64,000 bases of DNA from Escherichia coli (GTDB taxonomy: Bacteria > Pseudomonadota > Gammaproteobacteria > Enterobacterales > Enterobacteriaceae), in assembly GCF_046105845.1 (NCBI RefSeq), contig NZ_CP151004.1. The stretch is one strand, 5' to 3'. Under the pieces are notes generated by a model. The model was not told the DNA's origin, did not search any database, and saw nothing but the letters and a program-made list of their open reading frames with translations. Positions 26,130 through 38,065 of the stretch are shown piece after piece. Position numbers and translations under genes: made by a program. Each line of letters starts with the position of its first letter. Within the stretch, counting starts at the first letter, position 1.

Positions 26130-27215
26130 ATGACATTACTCGCTTCGCTGCGCGACTGGCTTAAGGAGCAACAACTGGATGCGGTGCTTCTCTCCTCACG
26201 GCAGAACAAACAGCCGCATCTGGGGATCTCCACCGGATCAGGCTATGTGGTGATTAGCCGTGTAAGTGCGCACATTCTGGTGGATTCGCGCTACTACGCG
26301 GATGTCGAAGCCCGCACGCAAGGCTACCAGCTGCATTTGCTTGACGCGACGAACACGCTTACCACTATCGTCAATCAAATCATTGCCGATGAGCAGTTGC
26401 AAGCGCTCGGTTTTGAAGGCCAGCAGGTATGTTGGGAAACCGCGCACCGCTGGCAGTCTGAACTCAATGCGAAACTGGTTAGCGCCACGCCGGATGTGCT
26501 GCGGCAAATCAAAACGCCAGAGGAGGTGGAGAAAATCCGCCTCGCCTGTGGGATTGCCGATCGCGGTGCTGAGCATATTCGCCGCTTTATTCAGGCGGGG
26601 ATGAGCGAGCGCGAGATAGCCGCTGAACTGGAGTGGTTTATGCGCCAGCAGGGCGCAGAAAAAGCCTCTTTCGATACCATTGTCGCCAGCGGCTGGCGTG
26701 GGGCGCTGCCGCACGGCAAAGCCAGCGACAAGATTGTTACAGCGGGCGAGTTTGTCACTCTCGATTTCGGTGCGCTGTATCAGGGCTACTGCTCTGATAT
26801 GACGCGCACCTTGCTGGTGAATGGCGAAGGGGTGAGCGCCGAATCTCACCCGCTGTTTAACGTCTATCAAATTGTCCTGCAGGCACAGCTCGCAGCAATC
26901 TCCGCGATTCGCCCCGGCGTGCGCTGCCAGCAGGTTGACGACGCCGCGCGCCGGGTCATTACAGAAGCAGGTTATGGCGACTATTTCGGTCATAACACCG
27001 GTCATGCTATCGGCATTGAAGTCCATGAAGAGCCGCGTTTTTCACCGCGGGATACCACGACGCTACAGCCAGGCATGTTACTGACCGTGGAGCCGGGGAT
27101 TTATTTGCCAGGGCAAGGGGGCGTGCGCATCGAAGATGTTGTGCTGGTCACCCCGCAAGGCGCAGAAGTGCTCTACGCCATGCCGAAAACAGTGTTGCTC
27201 ACGGGAGAGGCATAA
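26130..27215 (+). CDS. ypdF: Xaa-Pro aminopeptidase (M24 family)
   Basis: 361-aa ORF with pita-bread-fold metal-binding motifs ([20 protein letters not shown]). Confidence 0.85.
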   Translation: MTLLASLRDWLKEQQLDAVLLSSRQNKQPHLGISTGSGYVVISRVSAHILVDSRYYADVEARTQGYQLHLLDATNTLTTIVNQIIADEQLQALGFEGQQVCWETAHRWQSELNAKLVSATPDVLRQIKTPEEVEKIRLACGIADRGAEHIRRFIQAGMSEREIAAELEWFMRQQGAEKASFDTIVASGWRGALPHGKASDKIVTAGEFVTLDFGALYQGYCSDMTRTLLVNGEGVSAESHPLFNVYQIVLQAQLAAISAIRPGVRCQQVDDAARRVITEAGYGDYFGHNTGHAIGIEVHEEPRFSPRDTTTLQPGMLLTVEPGIYLPGQGGVRIEDVVLVTPQGAEVLYAMPKTVLLTGEA

Positions 27216-28252
27216 TGGATTTATCGTTATTAAAAGCGTTGAGCGAGGCAGATGCGATAGCCTCCTCGGAACAGGAAGTACGGCAGATCCTGCTGGAAGA
27301 AGCGGATCGCCTGCAAAAAGAAGTGCGATTTGATGGGCTGGGATCGGTGCTGATCCGCCTCAATGAATCGACAGGTCCGAAGGTGATGATCTGTGCGCAT
27401 ATGGACGAAGTGGGATTTATGGTGCGCAGCATCTCCCGCGAAGGGGCGATCGATGTGTTGCCGGTTGGCAATGTACGCATGGCTGCCCGCCAGCTTCAGT
27501 CGGTGCGTATCACTACCCGTGAAGAGTGCAAAATTCCAGGCCTACTTGACGGCGACCGGCAGGGGAATGATGTCAGCGCCATGCGCGTGGACATTGGTGC
27601 GCGCTCGTATGACGAAGTGATGCAGGCGGGAATTCGTCCAGGCGATCGCGTCACCTTTGATACAACTTTTCAGGTTCTCCCTCACCAGCGGGTGATGGGG
27701 AAAGCCTTTGATGATCGCCTCGGTTGCTATCTGCTGGTGACGTTACTACGTGAGCTGCACGACGCCGAACTGCCTGCGGAGGTGTGGCTGGTGGCAAGTT
27801 CCAGCGAAGAGGTGGGATTACGCGGCGGGCAAACTGCCACCCGCGCGGTGTCGCCGGACGTCGCCATTGTGCTTGATACCGCCTGCTGGGCGAAAAACTT
27901 TGATTATGGCGCGGCTAACCATCGTCAGATTGGTAACGGGCCGATGCTGGTGTTAAGCGATAAATCGCTGATTGCGCCGCCAAAACTTACCGCGTGGATT
28001 GAAACCGTGGCGGCAGAAATTGGCGTGCCGTTGCAGGCGGATATGTTCAGCAACGGTGGCACGGACGGTGGGGCGGTGCACTTAACCGGCACTGGCGTAC
28101 CCACAGTGGTGATGGGGCCTGCCACCCGCCACGGACATTGCGCGGCATCGATTGCCGATTGTCGCGACATTTTGCAGATGCAGCAACTTTTATCTGCCCT
28201 TATTCAACGTCTTACGCGTGAGACGGTTGTTCAACTGACGGATTTCAGATGA
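27215..28252 (+). CDS. ypdE: M42-family aminopeptidase
   Basis: 345-aa ORF; start overlaps the ypdF stop. Confidence 0.85.
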   Translation: MDLSLLKALSEADAIASSEQEVRQILLEEADRLQKEVRFDGLGSVLIRLNESTGPKVMICAHMDEVGFMVRSISREGAIDVLPVGNVRMAARQLQSVRITTREECKIPGLLDGDRQGNDVSAMRVDIGARSYDEVMQAGIRPGDRVTFDTTFQVLPHQRVMGKAFDDRLGCYLLVTLLRELHDAELPAEVWLVASSSEEVGLRGGQTATRAVSPDVAIVLDTACWAKNFDYGAANHRQIGNGPMLVLSDKSLIAPPKLTAWIETVAAEIGVPLQADMFSNGGTDGGAVHLTGTGVPTVVMGPATRHGHCAASIADCRDILQMQQLLSALIQRLTRETVVQLTDFR

Positions 28253-28276
28253 TCTCCTGATTAACCCGGAGCGGTT

Positions 28277-30772
28277 ATGCTAACGATTCAATTTCTCTGT
28301 CCTTTGCCTAACGGTCTGCATGCTCGTCCGGCGTGGGAACTTAAAGAACAGTGCAGCCAGTGGCAAAGCGAAATCACCTTCATCAACCATCGCCAGAACG
28401 CAAAGGCAGATGCCAAAAGCTCGCTGGCGCTGATTGGCACTGGCACTTTATTTAATGACAGTTGCAGCCTGAACATTAGCGGCAGCGATGAAGAGCAGGC
28501 GCGGCGCGTGCTGGAAGAGTACATCCAGGTGCGCTTTATCGACAGCGACAGCATTCAGCCGACGCAGGCAGAACTGACGGCGCATCCGCTGCCGCGTTCA
28601 TTAAGCCGTCTGAATCCTGATTTACTGTACGGCAATGTGCTGGCAAGCGGCGTCGGCGTGGGTACGCTGACCCTGTTACAGAGCGACAGCCTCGACAGTT
28701 ATCGGGCCATCCCGGCCAGTGCGCAAGACTCCACCCGGCTGGAGCACAGCCTGGCAACGCTTGCCGAGCAACTGAACCAGCAGCTGCGTGAGCGTGACGG
28801 CGAAAGCAAAACTATCCTCAGCGCCCATTTGTCGCTGATTCAGGATGATGAATTTGCAGGCAATATCCGTCGCCTTATGGCAGAACAGCATCAGGGGCTG
28901 GGGGCGGCGATCATCAGCAATATGGAGCAGGTTTGCGCCAAACTATCTGCTTCTGCCAGCGATTATCTGCGCGAGCGGGTCAGCGACATTCGCGATATCA
29001 GCGAACAGTTGCTGCATATCACCTGGCCGGAACTGAAGCCGCGCAACAATCTGGTGCTGGAAAAACCGACTATTCTGGTGGCCGAGGATTTAACCCCAAG
29101 CCAGTTTTTGAGCCTCGATTTAAAAAATCTTGCGGGCATGATTCTGGAGAAAACCGGGCGCACCTCGCATACCCTGATTCTGGCCCGTGCCTCGGCGATC
29201 CCGGTACTGAGTGGCTTGCCGCTGGATGCGATCGCGCGCTATGCCGGGCAACCGGCAGTGCTTGACGCCCAGTGCGGCGTGCTGGCGATTAACCCTGATG
29301 ACGCGGTGAGCGGTTATTATCAGGTCGCGCAGACGCTGGCGGATAAACGCCAAAAACAACAGGCGCAGGCCGCCGCGCAGCTGGCCTATTCCCGTGATAA
29401 CAAGCGTATTGATATTGCGGCGAATATCGGCACCGCTCTGGAAGCGCCAGGCGCGTTTGCCAACGGCGCGGAAGGTGTTGGGCTGTTCCGTACTGAAATG
29501 CTCTATATGGATCGCGACAGCGCGCCGGACGAGCAGGAGCAATTTGAAGCCTACCAGCAGGTGCTACTGGCGGCGGGCGACAAGCCGATTATCTTCCGCA
29601 CGATGGACATCGGCGGCGATAAAAGCATTCCTTATCTGAATATTCCCCAGGAAGAGAACCCGTTCCTCGGCTATCGCGCGGTACGTATTTACCCGGAATT
29701 TGCGGGCCTGTTCCGCACTCAACTGCGGGCCATTTTGCGCGCCGCCAGTTTCGGCAACGCCCAGTTGATGATCCCAATGGTTCACAGCCTCGATCAGATC
29801 TTATGGGTGAAGGGCGAGATCCAAAAAGCGATCGTTGAGCTTAAGCGCGATGGCCTGCGTCATGCAGAGACGATTACGCTGGGTATCATGGTGGAAGTGC
29901 CGTCGGTGTGCTACATCATCGATCACTTCTGCGATGAGGTAGATTTCTTCAGTATCGGCTCCAACGATATGACCCAGTATCTGTATGCGGTCGATCGTAA
30001 TAACCCGCGCGTATCGCCGCTGTATAACCCGATTACGCCATCGTTCCTGCGCATGTTGCAGCAGATTATTACCACTGCGCATCAGCGGGGTAAATGGGTA
30101 GGCATTTGCGGTGAACTGGGCGGTGAAAGCCGTTATCTGCCGCTACTGCTTGGGCTGGGCCTGGACGAGTTAAGTATGAGTAGCCCGCGCATTCCGGCGG
30201 TGAAAAGCCAGCTTCGTCAACTGGATAGCGAGGCGTGTCGGGAACTGGCGCGTCAGGCATGTGAATGCCGCAGCGCGCAGGAAATTGAAGCGTTACTCAC
30301 CGCCTTTACGCCGGAAGAAGACGTTCGCCCACTGCTGGCGCTGGAGAATATCTTTGTTGATCAGTCCTTTAGCAATAAAGAGCAGGCGATCCAGTTCCTG
30401 TGCGGTAACCTCGGCGTTAACGGGCGCACTGAACATCCGTTCGAGCTGGAAGAGGATGTCTGGCAGCGGGAAGAGATTGTTACCACCGGCGTTGGTTTTG
30501 GCGTAGCGATCCCGCACACCAAATCTCAGTGGATCCGTCATTCCAGTATCAGCATTGCCCGGCTGGTGAAACCGGTTGACTGGCAGTCAGAAATGGGCGA
30601 AGTCGAACTGGTGATCATGCTGACACTGGGCGCTAACGAAGGGATGAATCATGTGAAAGTCTTCTCGCAGCTGGCGCGTAAACTGGTGAATAAAAACTTC
30701 CGCCAGTCGCTGTTCGCCGCGCAAGATGCGCAAAGCATCCTGACGCTGCTGGAAACGGAATTAACCTTCTGA
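28277..30772 (+). CDS. fryA: Multiphosphoryl transfer protein (HPr-like, enzyme I-like and EIIA-like domains fused)
   Basis: 831 aa; N-terminal HPr-like segment (LPNGLHARPA), central EI-homology sharing motifs with ptsI in this window, C-terminal EIIA-Fru-like domain. Confidence 0.9.
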   Translation: MLTIQFLCPLPNGLHARPAWELKEQCSQWQSEITFINHRQNAKADAKSSLALIGTGTLFNDSCSLNISGSDEEQARRVLEEYIQVRFIDSDSIQPTQAELTAHPLPRSLSRLNPDLLYGNVLASGVGVGTLTLLQSDSLDSYRAIPASAQDSTRLEHSLATLAEQLNQQLRERDGESKTILSAHLSLIQDDEFAGNIRRLMAEQHQGLGAAIISNMEQVCAKLSASASDYLRERVSDIRDISEQLLHITWPELKPRNNLVLEKPTILVAEDLTPSQFLSLDLKNLAGMILEKTGRTSHTLILARASAIPVLSGLPLDAIARYAGQPAVLDAQCGVLAINPDDAVSGYYQVAQTLADKRQKQQAQAAAQLAYSRDNKRIDIAANIGTALEAPGAFANGAEGVGLFRTEMLYMDRDSAPDEQEQFEAYQQVLLAAGDKPIIFRTMDIGGDKSIPYLNIPQEENPFLGYRAVRIYPEFAGLFRTQLRAILRAASFGNAQLMIPMVHSLDQILWVKGEIQKAIVELKRDGLRHAETITLGIMVEVPSVCYIIDHFCDEVDFFSIGSNDMTQYLYAVDRNNPRVSPLYNPITPSFLRMLQQIITTAHQRGKWVGICGELGGESRYLPLLLGLGLDELSMSSPRIPAVKSQLRQLDSEACRELARQACECRSAQEIEALLTAFTPEEDVRPLLALENIFVDQSFSNKEQAIQFLCGNLGVNGRTEHPFELEEDVWQREEIVTTGVGFGVAIPHTKSQWIRHSSISIARLVKPVDWQSEMGEVELVIMLTLGANEGMNHVKVFSQLARKLVNKNFRQSLFAAQDAQSILTLLETELTF

Positions 30773-30774
30773 CG

Positions 30775-31632
30775 TTAGCCCTGAAAACGGGCGCTGTACT
30801 CTCCCGGCGTCAGGCCAAACTGACGCCGGAAAACGCGACAAAAATAGTCGCTGTCCGGAAAACCGCAACGCTGTGCCACTTCATGAATCGACAGATGATA
30901 TTTCTGCAAAATCATCCTCGCCTTCGCCATTCGCACCCAACGCACATATTCGATAAAACGCATTGTTCCATGCTGCGCAAACAGTTTTGACAGATGATTG
31001 GGCGTGATATTAAAAAACTGCGCCACGCTCTCACGGGTGAGCGGCTGGGCATAATTATCCTGAACCCAGTTACAAATGCTGTGATAGAGAAAATCGCCGC
31101 GCGGCTGCGAATTGCCCGGCGGCATATTCACCACGTTACGGCAAAGATGCAGCAAACTTAACACCAGCGGCTGAATGATATTCTGCTCCAGCGGCGAACG
31201 GCTAAGATGGGTGAGGGCAGTAAGCATTGCTTCACCTTCGCCGCGTTGCAGGCTGGGAAGTTGGATCTGGCGAGCAGGATGTAACAACGACGTGGTGCGG
31301 CTATCGTAAAATGATAAGCCAAGCCAGGTCGGTGCGAACACCAGGCTTAACAGCATCACCGGTTTGTTGTTGACCGGTAAATTAGCCGCGCGTGCCGGAA
31401 TAAACAGCATTTCTCCTTCCACCATACGTTGCTGCTTTGCTTCCAGCAGATTGCCGTATTCGCCGCGTAGCACGATATCCAGACGGGGAAAATCAATACA
31501 TAAACTGCCCACTGGCAATGAGGCAGGCTGGCTGGCAAACCAGACGCGCCCCAGTAGTTGCGGGTTAAGCACCAGGCCGCTGAACAGATCGGCGAAAAAT
31601 TGTTGATCGGCGGGCAAGCCTGGTGCTTTCAT
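30775..31632 (-). CDS. ypdC: AraC-family transcriptional regulator
   Basis: 285-aa ORF with C-terminal AraC-type HTH. Confidence 0.8.
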   Translation of the reverse strand: MKAPGLPADQQFFADLFSGLVLNPQLLGRVWFASQPASLPVGSLCIDFPRLDIVLRGEYGNLLEAKQQRMVEGEMLFIPARAANLPVNNKPVMLLSLVFAPTWLGLSFYDSRTTSLLHPARQIQLPSLQRGEGEAMLTALTHLSRSPLEQNIIQPLVLSLLHLCRNVVNMPPGNSQPRGDFLYHSICNWVQDNYAQPLTRESVAQFFNITPNHLSKLFAQHGTMRFIEYVRWVRMAKARMILQKYHLSIHEVAQRCGFPDSDYFCRVFRRQFGLTPGEYSARFQG

Positions 31633-31644
31633 GAAAGTTCCCGA

Positions 31645-32379
31645 TTAAAGATGCATTAACTGGCGGAATTCTTTAACTTTGCTGCGGCTGACCGGCACTT
31701 CAAAATCCAGATCTTTCAGCCGCAGAATATAGGTGTTATTAAACCACGGTTCGATCTCGCGGATTTTGTTCAGATTGACACAAAATGAGCGATGGCAGCG
31801 GAAAAAATGCGACGGCGGCAGCTTGCTGCAAAACTCGGTAATGTTCATCGGCATTACGTAGGATTCACGCCGCGTATAGACAAAGGTCATTTTCTCGTGC
31901 GCTTCGGCGTAATAGATATCGTTAATTGGCGTGACAATGATTCGCTCATCTTTCACCAGATTAATGGTGTCATTCTCACGCGTTACCGTCGCGGCAGGCG
32001 TACTGCTGGTCTGCTGTTGTTGCCAGGCTGCTTCCAGTTTTTGCAGCATCCCGGTAATGCGTGACTCCTGATACGGTTTGAGAATGTAGTCAAACGCTTC
32101 CAGTTCAAATGCTTCTACCGCATGTTCTTTCCACGCGGTGATGAACACAATAAACGGTTTATGGGCGAACTGGCTGATGTTTTGCGCCAGCAACACACCG
32201 TCCAGCGACGGAATATTGATATCCAGAAAAATGGCGTCGACGCGGTTATGCTGCAAAAACTTCAACACGTCCAGACCGTCGTCAAAGGTGCCGACAATCT
32301 CCATCTGGCTGTGCTCTTTAATTAGCCAGCTCAGTTCCTGTTGTGCCAGGAATTCGTCTTCAACAATGATGACTTTCAC
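31645..32379 (-). CDS. ypdB: LytTR-family response regulator of the YpdA/YpdB two-component system (start taken at GTG, VKVIIVEDEF)
   Basis: CheY-like receiver plus C-terminal LytTR domain. Confidence 0.85.
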   Translation of the reverse strand: MKVIIVEDEFLAQQELSWLIKEHSQMEIVGTFDDGLDVLKFLQHNRVDAIFLDINIPSLDGVLLAQNISQFAHKPFIVFITAWKEHAVEAFELEAFDYILKPYQESRITGMLQKLEAAWQQQQTSSTPAATVTRENDTINLVKDERIIVTPINDIYYAEAHEKMTFVYTRRESYVMPMNITEFCSKLPPSHFFRCHRSFCVNLNKIREIEPWFNNTYILRLKDLDFEVPVSRSKVKEFRQLMHL

Positions 32380-32393
32380 AATATCACTCCGGC

Positions 32394-34091
32394 TCAAAGC
32401 AATAACGTAGCCTGTGAGGCGACTGGGGTGCGTTGGTTAGGAATGTAAAACGCAATTTCCGTCCCCGGTTCCAGGCGGCGGATATGCAGCCCCTCGCCAT
32501 ACAATAACTTCACGCGATGATGGACATTCAGCAGGCCAATTTTATTGCCCGGCATTTCGTTCGCTTCGACCCGCTCAATCACCTTTGGATCGATGCCGTG
32601 CCCGGTATCCCGCACCGCAATGCGTACCCGATTACCGCACTCTGCAACGCTGATGGTGACAACGCCTTTACCTTTGCAAGGCTGAATACCGTGGACAATG
32701 GCGTTCTCCACCAGCGGCTGGATCAGCAGGCTGGGAATGCAGCAATTCACCTCTTCATCAATATCATAGATAACCGTCAGCTTGTCGCCAAAGCGGGCCT
32801 GCTCAATGGCAATATAGTCTTTAATTTGATACAGCTCTTTTTTGATATCGATTTGCTCATCATCTTTTAATTCAATGTTATAGCGCAGATAACGCGACAG
32901 ATTAAAGATCAGCTGGCGAGCGGTATCCGGATTCAGACGGATTGACGATGAAATAGCGTTCAAAGCGTTAAACAGGAAATGGGGATTAATTTTGCTTTGC
33001 AGGGCGCGAAGCTCTGCCTTATTTGCCATTTCACGTAGCTGCTCGGCGCGTGAAACCTCCAGTTGCGTGGAGATGATTTGCGACAGACCGACCGCCATTT
33101 CCTGTAATGATGACGTAATCTGATGCGCGTGGCAGTAGTAAATTTTCAGTGTTCCGGTCACAACGCCTTTCTCCCACAATGGGATCACCAGCATGGAATG
33201 AATCTCTGGTGTGCGGTGGGCTTCATCATTGTTTTTAATGATGATTTTTCCGTAATTCATCGCCTGTCGGGTAGTCGGGCTAATGAAGTCATCGCCATTC
33301 TGATAGTTGTGTTCACCCACGCCAACATAGGCCAGCACATGATCGGTATTGGTAATCGCCACCGCATCGGCGTGAATATCATCGCGGATAATTTCACAAA
33401 CTTTGCGTAATGACTCGCTATTGACATGGCGAAACAGCGGCAGCGTTTTGTTGGCGATATCCAGCGCCAGCTTGGCCTGCCGCGCGGCGCTGGCCTCTTT
33501 TTCGCCCTCAACGCTTTGTACCAGCAACACAATAAAGCCGATACAGACGCTGCCGAGGATCATTGGAATCCCGATTTTAGAGACGATATCGATCCCCAAC
33601 GCGGTAGTTGGTGCCCAGACAATCACCAGAATCATGGTCAACGTTTCACATAACATGCCGCCGAGAATACCGACGCGCCAGCGCTGTGCTTTAGGGATTT
33701 TCAGGTTGATCCAGCCCGATATACAACCCGCCAGAATGCTGGTGATAAAGCAGGGGATCGCCGTCACGCCGCCGATATCAATTAAATAACGGTGAATACC
33801 TGCGATCACGCCGGTAATAATGCCTACCCACGGGCCAAACAGAATTCCGCCTGACATCACCGCGATAATACGTACGTTCACCAGCGAGCCTTCTACGGGA
33901 ACGCCGGACCAGGTGCTGAACAGGGCGAACAGCGAGAAAATGGCGGTAACGGCGAGCAGCTCTTTCGGTGAGTGTGCCGACTTGTGCAACAGTTCGCGAA
34001 ACAGGCGGATACGGATGAGAAAGAACAGGCAGATAAGCATTAACGCTGCCCGATCGAAGACCGCCAGCAGCATGTTGAATATTTCGTGCAC
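32394..34091 (-). CDS. ypdA: LytS-type sensor histidine kinase of the YpdA/YpdB system
   Basis: 565-aa ORF with N-terminal multi-TM domain, GAF-like region and His-kinase region; operon with ypdB. Confidence 0.85.
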
Positions 34092-34467
34092 GGGTGACTC
34101 TGAATAAGGATTAAACCTCTATGATAGGTAACCTGAAGGCTGATGACCAGCAGGCCGTTTTTGAGGAAAAACCACAATTTTAAAAGGGGATTGAAAGATA
34201 AATGGTGTATTAGCAATGCATCTCTTGATAATGCACATCTGCTTGGTAAATTTATTGAAATTATAATGTTAATAAAATGAGTGGTAATTTTCTTGTTAGC
34301 GCAGATAAATTTCCTGTTTTTGAAGTGGAGTTCCTCATTTAAAGCCATTGATAAAAATGTTCTAAAACGCTGGACAGACAGAAATTAATCAGGCTATTTT
34401 CAAAACAGCCACCATCGTGGCAGCGTCGCTCGGACGGTCCGGGCGCTAACGTTAATCTGAGGAAATT

Positions 34468-35706
34468 ATGGCTGACACTCGCCCTGAACGTCGCTTTACG
34501 CGCATTGATCGTCTCCCGCCCTACGTTTTTAATATTACCGCTGAACTGAAAATGGCTGCGCGTCGGCGCGGCGAAGATATTATCGATTTCAGTATGGGTA
34601 ACCCGGACGGTGCGACTCCGCCGCACATCGTCGAAAAATTATGTACGGTGGCCCAGCGCCCGGACACGCATGGTTACTCCACTTCACGCGGCATTCCGCG
34701 GCTACGTCGCGCCATTTCACGCTGGTATCAGGATCGCTACGACGTTGAAATCGACCCGGAATCAGAAGCCATCGTCACTATTGGTTCGAAAGAGGGACTG
34801 GCACATCTGATGCTGGCGACGCTGGATCATGGTGACACGGTGCTGGTGCCGAATCCAAGCTACCCCATTCATATTTATGGCGCGGTGATTGCCGGGGCGC
34901 AGGTACGCTCAGTGCCGCTGGTGGAAGGTGTCGATTTCTTCAATGAACTGGAGCGCGCCATTCGCGAAAGTTATCCGAAACCGAAGATGATGATCCTCGG
35001 CTTCCCGTCGAATCCAACCGCGCAATGCGTGGAGCTGGAGTTCTTCGAAAAGGTTGTGGCGCTGGCGAAACGCTACGATGTGCTGGTGGTCCATGACCTG
35101 GCCTATGCCGATATCGTCTACGATGGCTGGAAAGCGCCGTCAATCATGCAGGTGCCGGGTGCACGCGATGTGGCGGTCGAGTTCTTTACGCTGTCGAAAA
35201 GCTACAACATGGCGGGCTGGCGTATCGGCTTTATGGTTGGCAACAAAACGCTGGTCAGCGCGCTGGCACGTATTAAAAGCTATCACGATTACGGCACCTT
35301 TACGCCGTTGCAGGTGGCAGCGATTGCGGCGCTGGAGGGCGATCAACAGTGCGTGCGCGACATTGCTGAACAGTACAAACGCCGCCGTGATGTACTGGTA
35401 AAAGGGCTGCATGAAGCGGGCTGGATGGTCGAAATGCCGAAGGCTTCGATGTATGTCTGGGCGAAAATCCCGGAACCGTATGCTGCCATGGGCTCGCTGG
35501 AATTTGCCAAGAAGCTGCTGAACGAAGCGAAGGTCTGTGTCTCTCCGGGGATTGGCTTTGGCGACTACGGCGACACGCATGTTCGCTTTGCACTGATTGA
35601 AAACCGCGACCGTATTCGTCAGGCGATTCGTGGAATTAAAGCGATGTTCCGTGCCGATGGTTTACTACCCGCCAGCAGCAAACATATTCACGAAAATGCG
35701 GAATAA
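34468..35706 (+). CDS. alaC: Glutamate-pyruvate aminotransferase (PLP-dependent)
   Basis: 412-aa ORF with aminotransferase class I features ([12 protein letters not shown]). Confidence 0.9.
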   Translation: MADTRPERRFTRIDRLPPYVFNITAELKMAARRRGEDIIDFSMGNPDGATPPHIVEKLCTVAQRPDTHGYSTSRGIPRLRRAISRWYQDRYDVEIDPESEAIVTIGSKEGLAHLMLATLDHGDTVLVPNPSYPIHIYGAVIAGAQVRSVPLVEGVDFFNELERAIRESYPKPKMMILGFPSNPTAQCVELEFFEKVVALAKRYDVLVVHDLAYADIVYDGWKAPSIMQVPGARDVAVEFFTLSKSYNMAGWRIGFMVGNKTLVSALARIKSYHDYGTFTPLQVAAIAALEGDQQCVRDIAEQYKRRRDVLVKGLHEAGWMVEMPKASMYVWAKIPEPYAAMGSLEFAKKLLNEAKVCVSPGIGFGDYGDTHVRFALIENRDRIRQAIRGIKAMFRADGLLPASSKHIHENAE

Positions 35707-35770
35707 ACACCGACCTCAAAAATGCAAACAGGAGCCTGATGGCTCCTGTTTTTCATTGCACAGTTTGCTT

Positions 35771-35842
35771 TTAGATCATCAGGGCAAAAGTACCGGCCCA
35801 AACGATGACCATAAAAGAAATGCCCATAAAGAAATATTTCAC
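35771..35842 (-). CDS. ypdK: Small membrane protein YpdK (23 aa, GTG start)
   Basis: Minus-strand translation GTG AAA TAT TTC... gives (M)KYFFMGISFMVIVWAGTFALMI; below the ORF-track size cutoff. Confidence 0.7.
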   Translation of the reverse strand: MKYFFMGISFMVIVWAGTFALMI

Positions 35843-36197
35843 TTTACATCTCTCCGCGTAATTACTGTTACGCCTGAATGACTTCATTACACCTGATACA
35901 GTGAGTTGACACCGGGCAAAACGACCTTAAAAGTCCTGTATTTTACCGTGGGCATCACCCCAGAATTCTGAGCTAAACTGCTCCAGACGGCGCTAATGTA
36001 CGCCTAAAACTGAAACGAGACAAGAGGCATTTTCTTATTTACTTTTAGTAACTTACAGGTGTCTCATATCGGCGACAGTTTAATTTCTGGCGGTAATAAT
36101 TAGAGATTCAGCGAAGGAAAAAACCTTAAGAAAAAAGCCATAAAAACCATGAGGTTATTATGGCTGATTTGAGGAGGGAAAGAGTAAGAGCAGTTTG

Positions 36198-37118
36198 TTA
36201 AATGTATAGCGACGATTCTCCCACCGGGCGCGTTTTAAAGCGACGGTGGATCCAGAGGTACTGCTCCGGTGCGCGCATGATCTCTTTTTCGATAATCTTG
36301 TTCATATAGGCAGCGGCTTGATTTTCATCTGCCGGGTAGCCTTCCATCTCTGGGGTGATGTACAAACGATATCCGCTGTAATCCGCTTTTCTTACCATCG
36401 TTACGGTTAACATGGCTGCGCCAGAGAGACGTGAAAGGACATACGTACCATTGGTTGTGGCAACATTTTCCACCGCAAAGAACGGCGCGAAGGAGCTGCC
36501 TTTACGACCATAATCCTGATCGGGAGCAAACCATACCGCTTCACCTTTCTTCAGTGCACCGACAATGCCGCGCAGATTATTTCTGCCGATCATCGCTTTG
36601 TTAGAGCGCATGCGCCCACGGGTCTGCACCCATTCCATCAGCTGATTATTATGTGGACGATAGGTAGCCATCATTGGTTGGCACAGTCCCATCACGCGGC
36701 CGCCCAGTTCCAGCGACATAAAATGGACGCCGACAACCATTACGCCGCGATTTTGCATTTGTGCGCGTTTAAGGTTATCCAACCCTTCAACATCAAACCA
36801 TTTACGTACGCGACTGTCGGGCCAGAACCACGCCATGCCGGTTTCTACCAGCGCCATGCCGAGTGAACGAAAGTTTTCGGCAATCATCTTCTCGCGTTCT
36901 TCCGCAGAATGCTGTGGGAAACAAAGTTCCAGGTTTTTACGGGCGATAGATTCACGCCGTTTCAGGAATGGTCGCGCTATTGCGCCAATACGCGTGCCGA
37001 GAAAGCAGAGAACAGGATAAGGAAGCTGTACCCAAAGCCAGAGTACACCAAGCCCAAACCATGTGAGCCAGTAGCGAGGATGTAGAAACTCGCGGGAAAA
37101 TTTGCATTGTGGAAACAT
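36198..37118 (-). CDS. lpxP: Lipid A biosynthesis palmitoleoyl acyltransferase (start taken at MFPQCKFSREF)
   Basis: Recognised as LpxP/LpxL-family late acyltransferase. Confidence 0.9.
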   Translation of the reverse strand: MFPQCKFSREFLHPRYWLTWFGLGVLWLWVQLPYPVLCFLGTRIGAIARPFLKRRESIARKNLELCFPQHSAEEREKMIAENFRSLGMALVETGMAWFWPDSRVRKWFDVEGLDNLKRAQMQNRGVMVVGVHFMSLELGGRVMGLCQPMMATYRPHNNQLMEWVQTRGRMRSNKAMIGRNNLRGIVGALKKGEAVWFAPDQDYGRKGSSFAPFFAVENVATTNGTYVLSRLSGAAMLTVTMVRKADYSGYRLYITPEMEGYPADENQAAAYMNKIIEKEIMRAPEQYLWIHRRFKTRPVGESSLYI

Positions 37119-37470
37119 AGTTACCTTCTGTAGATACGAATTGTTGTATCGCAGAAGATTCCATGTCGACAGCGGTACACTCAATTGGTTGGGCCATCAT
37201 GTACGACAATGGTTCCTGTAAAGAGTGTAAAGACTAGTCAGGACATAACCACGAGGAGCATGAATGCGGTGGCTCTACTTTATCACTGGCTGACTGCTTT
37301 CAGCTACTGATTATTAATCGTGCAAAGTAAAAAGTTTTCCCCACGCAATAGTGTTGCATTTAAGGTGCTGTTTTCATTGATGCTTAGCAAAAATTGCCAG
37401 AGGTTAAGGATTGTCTTACTATTAAAGTGACTGAAGTTACAGGTTTTTTAGCGCGGCAGGAGGTTGAGCT

Positions 37471-37713
37471 ATGATTTATTTATGGATGTTTCTCGCCCTG
37501 TGTATTGTCTGCGTAAGCGGCTACATTGGTCAGGTCCTGAACGTGGTATCGGCGGTCTCTTCTTTCTTCGGCATGGTGATCCTCGCTGCACTCATTTATT
37601 ACTTCACCATGTGGTTAACTGGCGGTAATGAACTGGTGACGGGGATATTTATGTTTCTTGCCCCTGCTTGTGGCTTGATGATTCGCTTTATGGTGGGGTA
37701 TGGCAGGCGGTAG
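37471..37713 (+). CDS. yfdY: DUF2545 small inner-membrane protein
   Basis: 80-aa hydrophobic ORF at the K-12 yfdY position. Confidence 0.7.
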   Translation: MIYLWMFLALCIVCVSGYIGQVLNVVSAVSSFFGMVILAALIYYFTMWLTGGNELVTGIFMFLAPACGLMIRFMVGYGRR

Positions 37714-37789
37714 TGGGTCAGGATGGTTCATTTGGGCAGGTGTTCACATCAGCATCAGACATGATTGTTCACCTGCCATGTGACAGACG

Positions 37790-38065
37790 CTATCGCACAG
37801 GATGAATAAGATAATTCGCCTTTGTCGAAAAAGGGGGCGTAATGTCTTCTGTGAGATTTAATGGTGGCGCATCTTCTCTCATCTTAAACAAAATCGCCTG
37901 TGATGGCTGAAGTTTTGTAGAGTGTGTGGTCGTCATCGCTGACGTTTTTTCCGTCTCTTTATAGCTCGCCTCACTACCACCACCAGAAATAGAAAATGCA
38001 AAAACATTGCATGCCATAATAGAGACCAATAAAAATAAGCTAAAAAGCATTAAGTTTACTTTCAT
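37790..38065 (-). CDS. ypdI: Putative small secreted/lipoprotein YpdI
   Basis: 91-aa ORF with signal peptide and lipobox-like MAC motif. Confidence 0.7.
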   Translation of the reverse strand: MKVNLMLFSLFLLVSIMACNVFAFSISGGGSEASYKETEKTSAMTTTHSTKLQPSQAILFKMREDAPPLNLTEDITPPFSTKANYLIHPVR

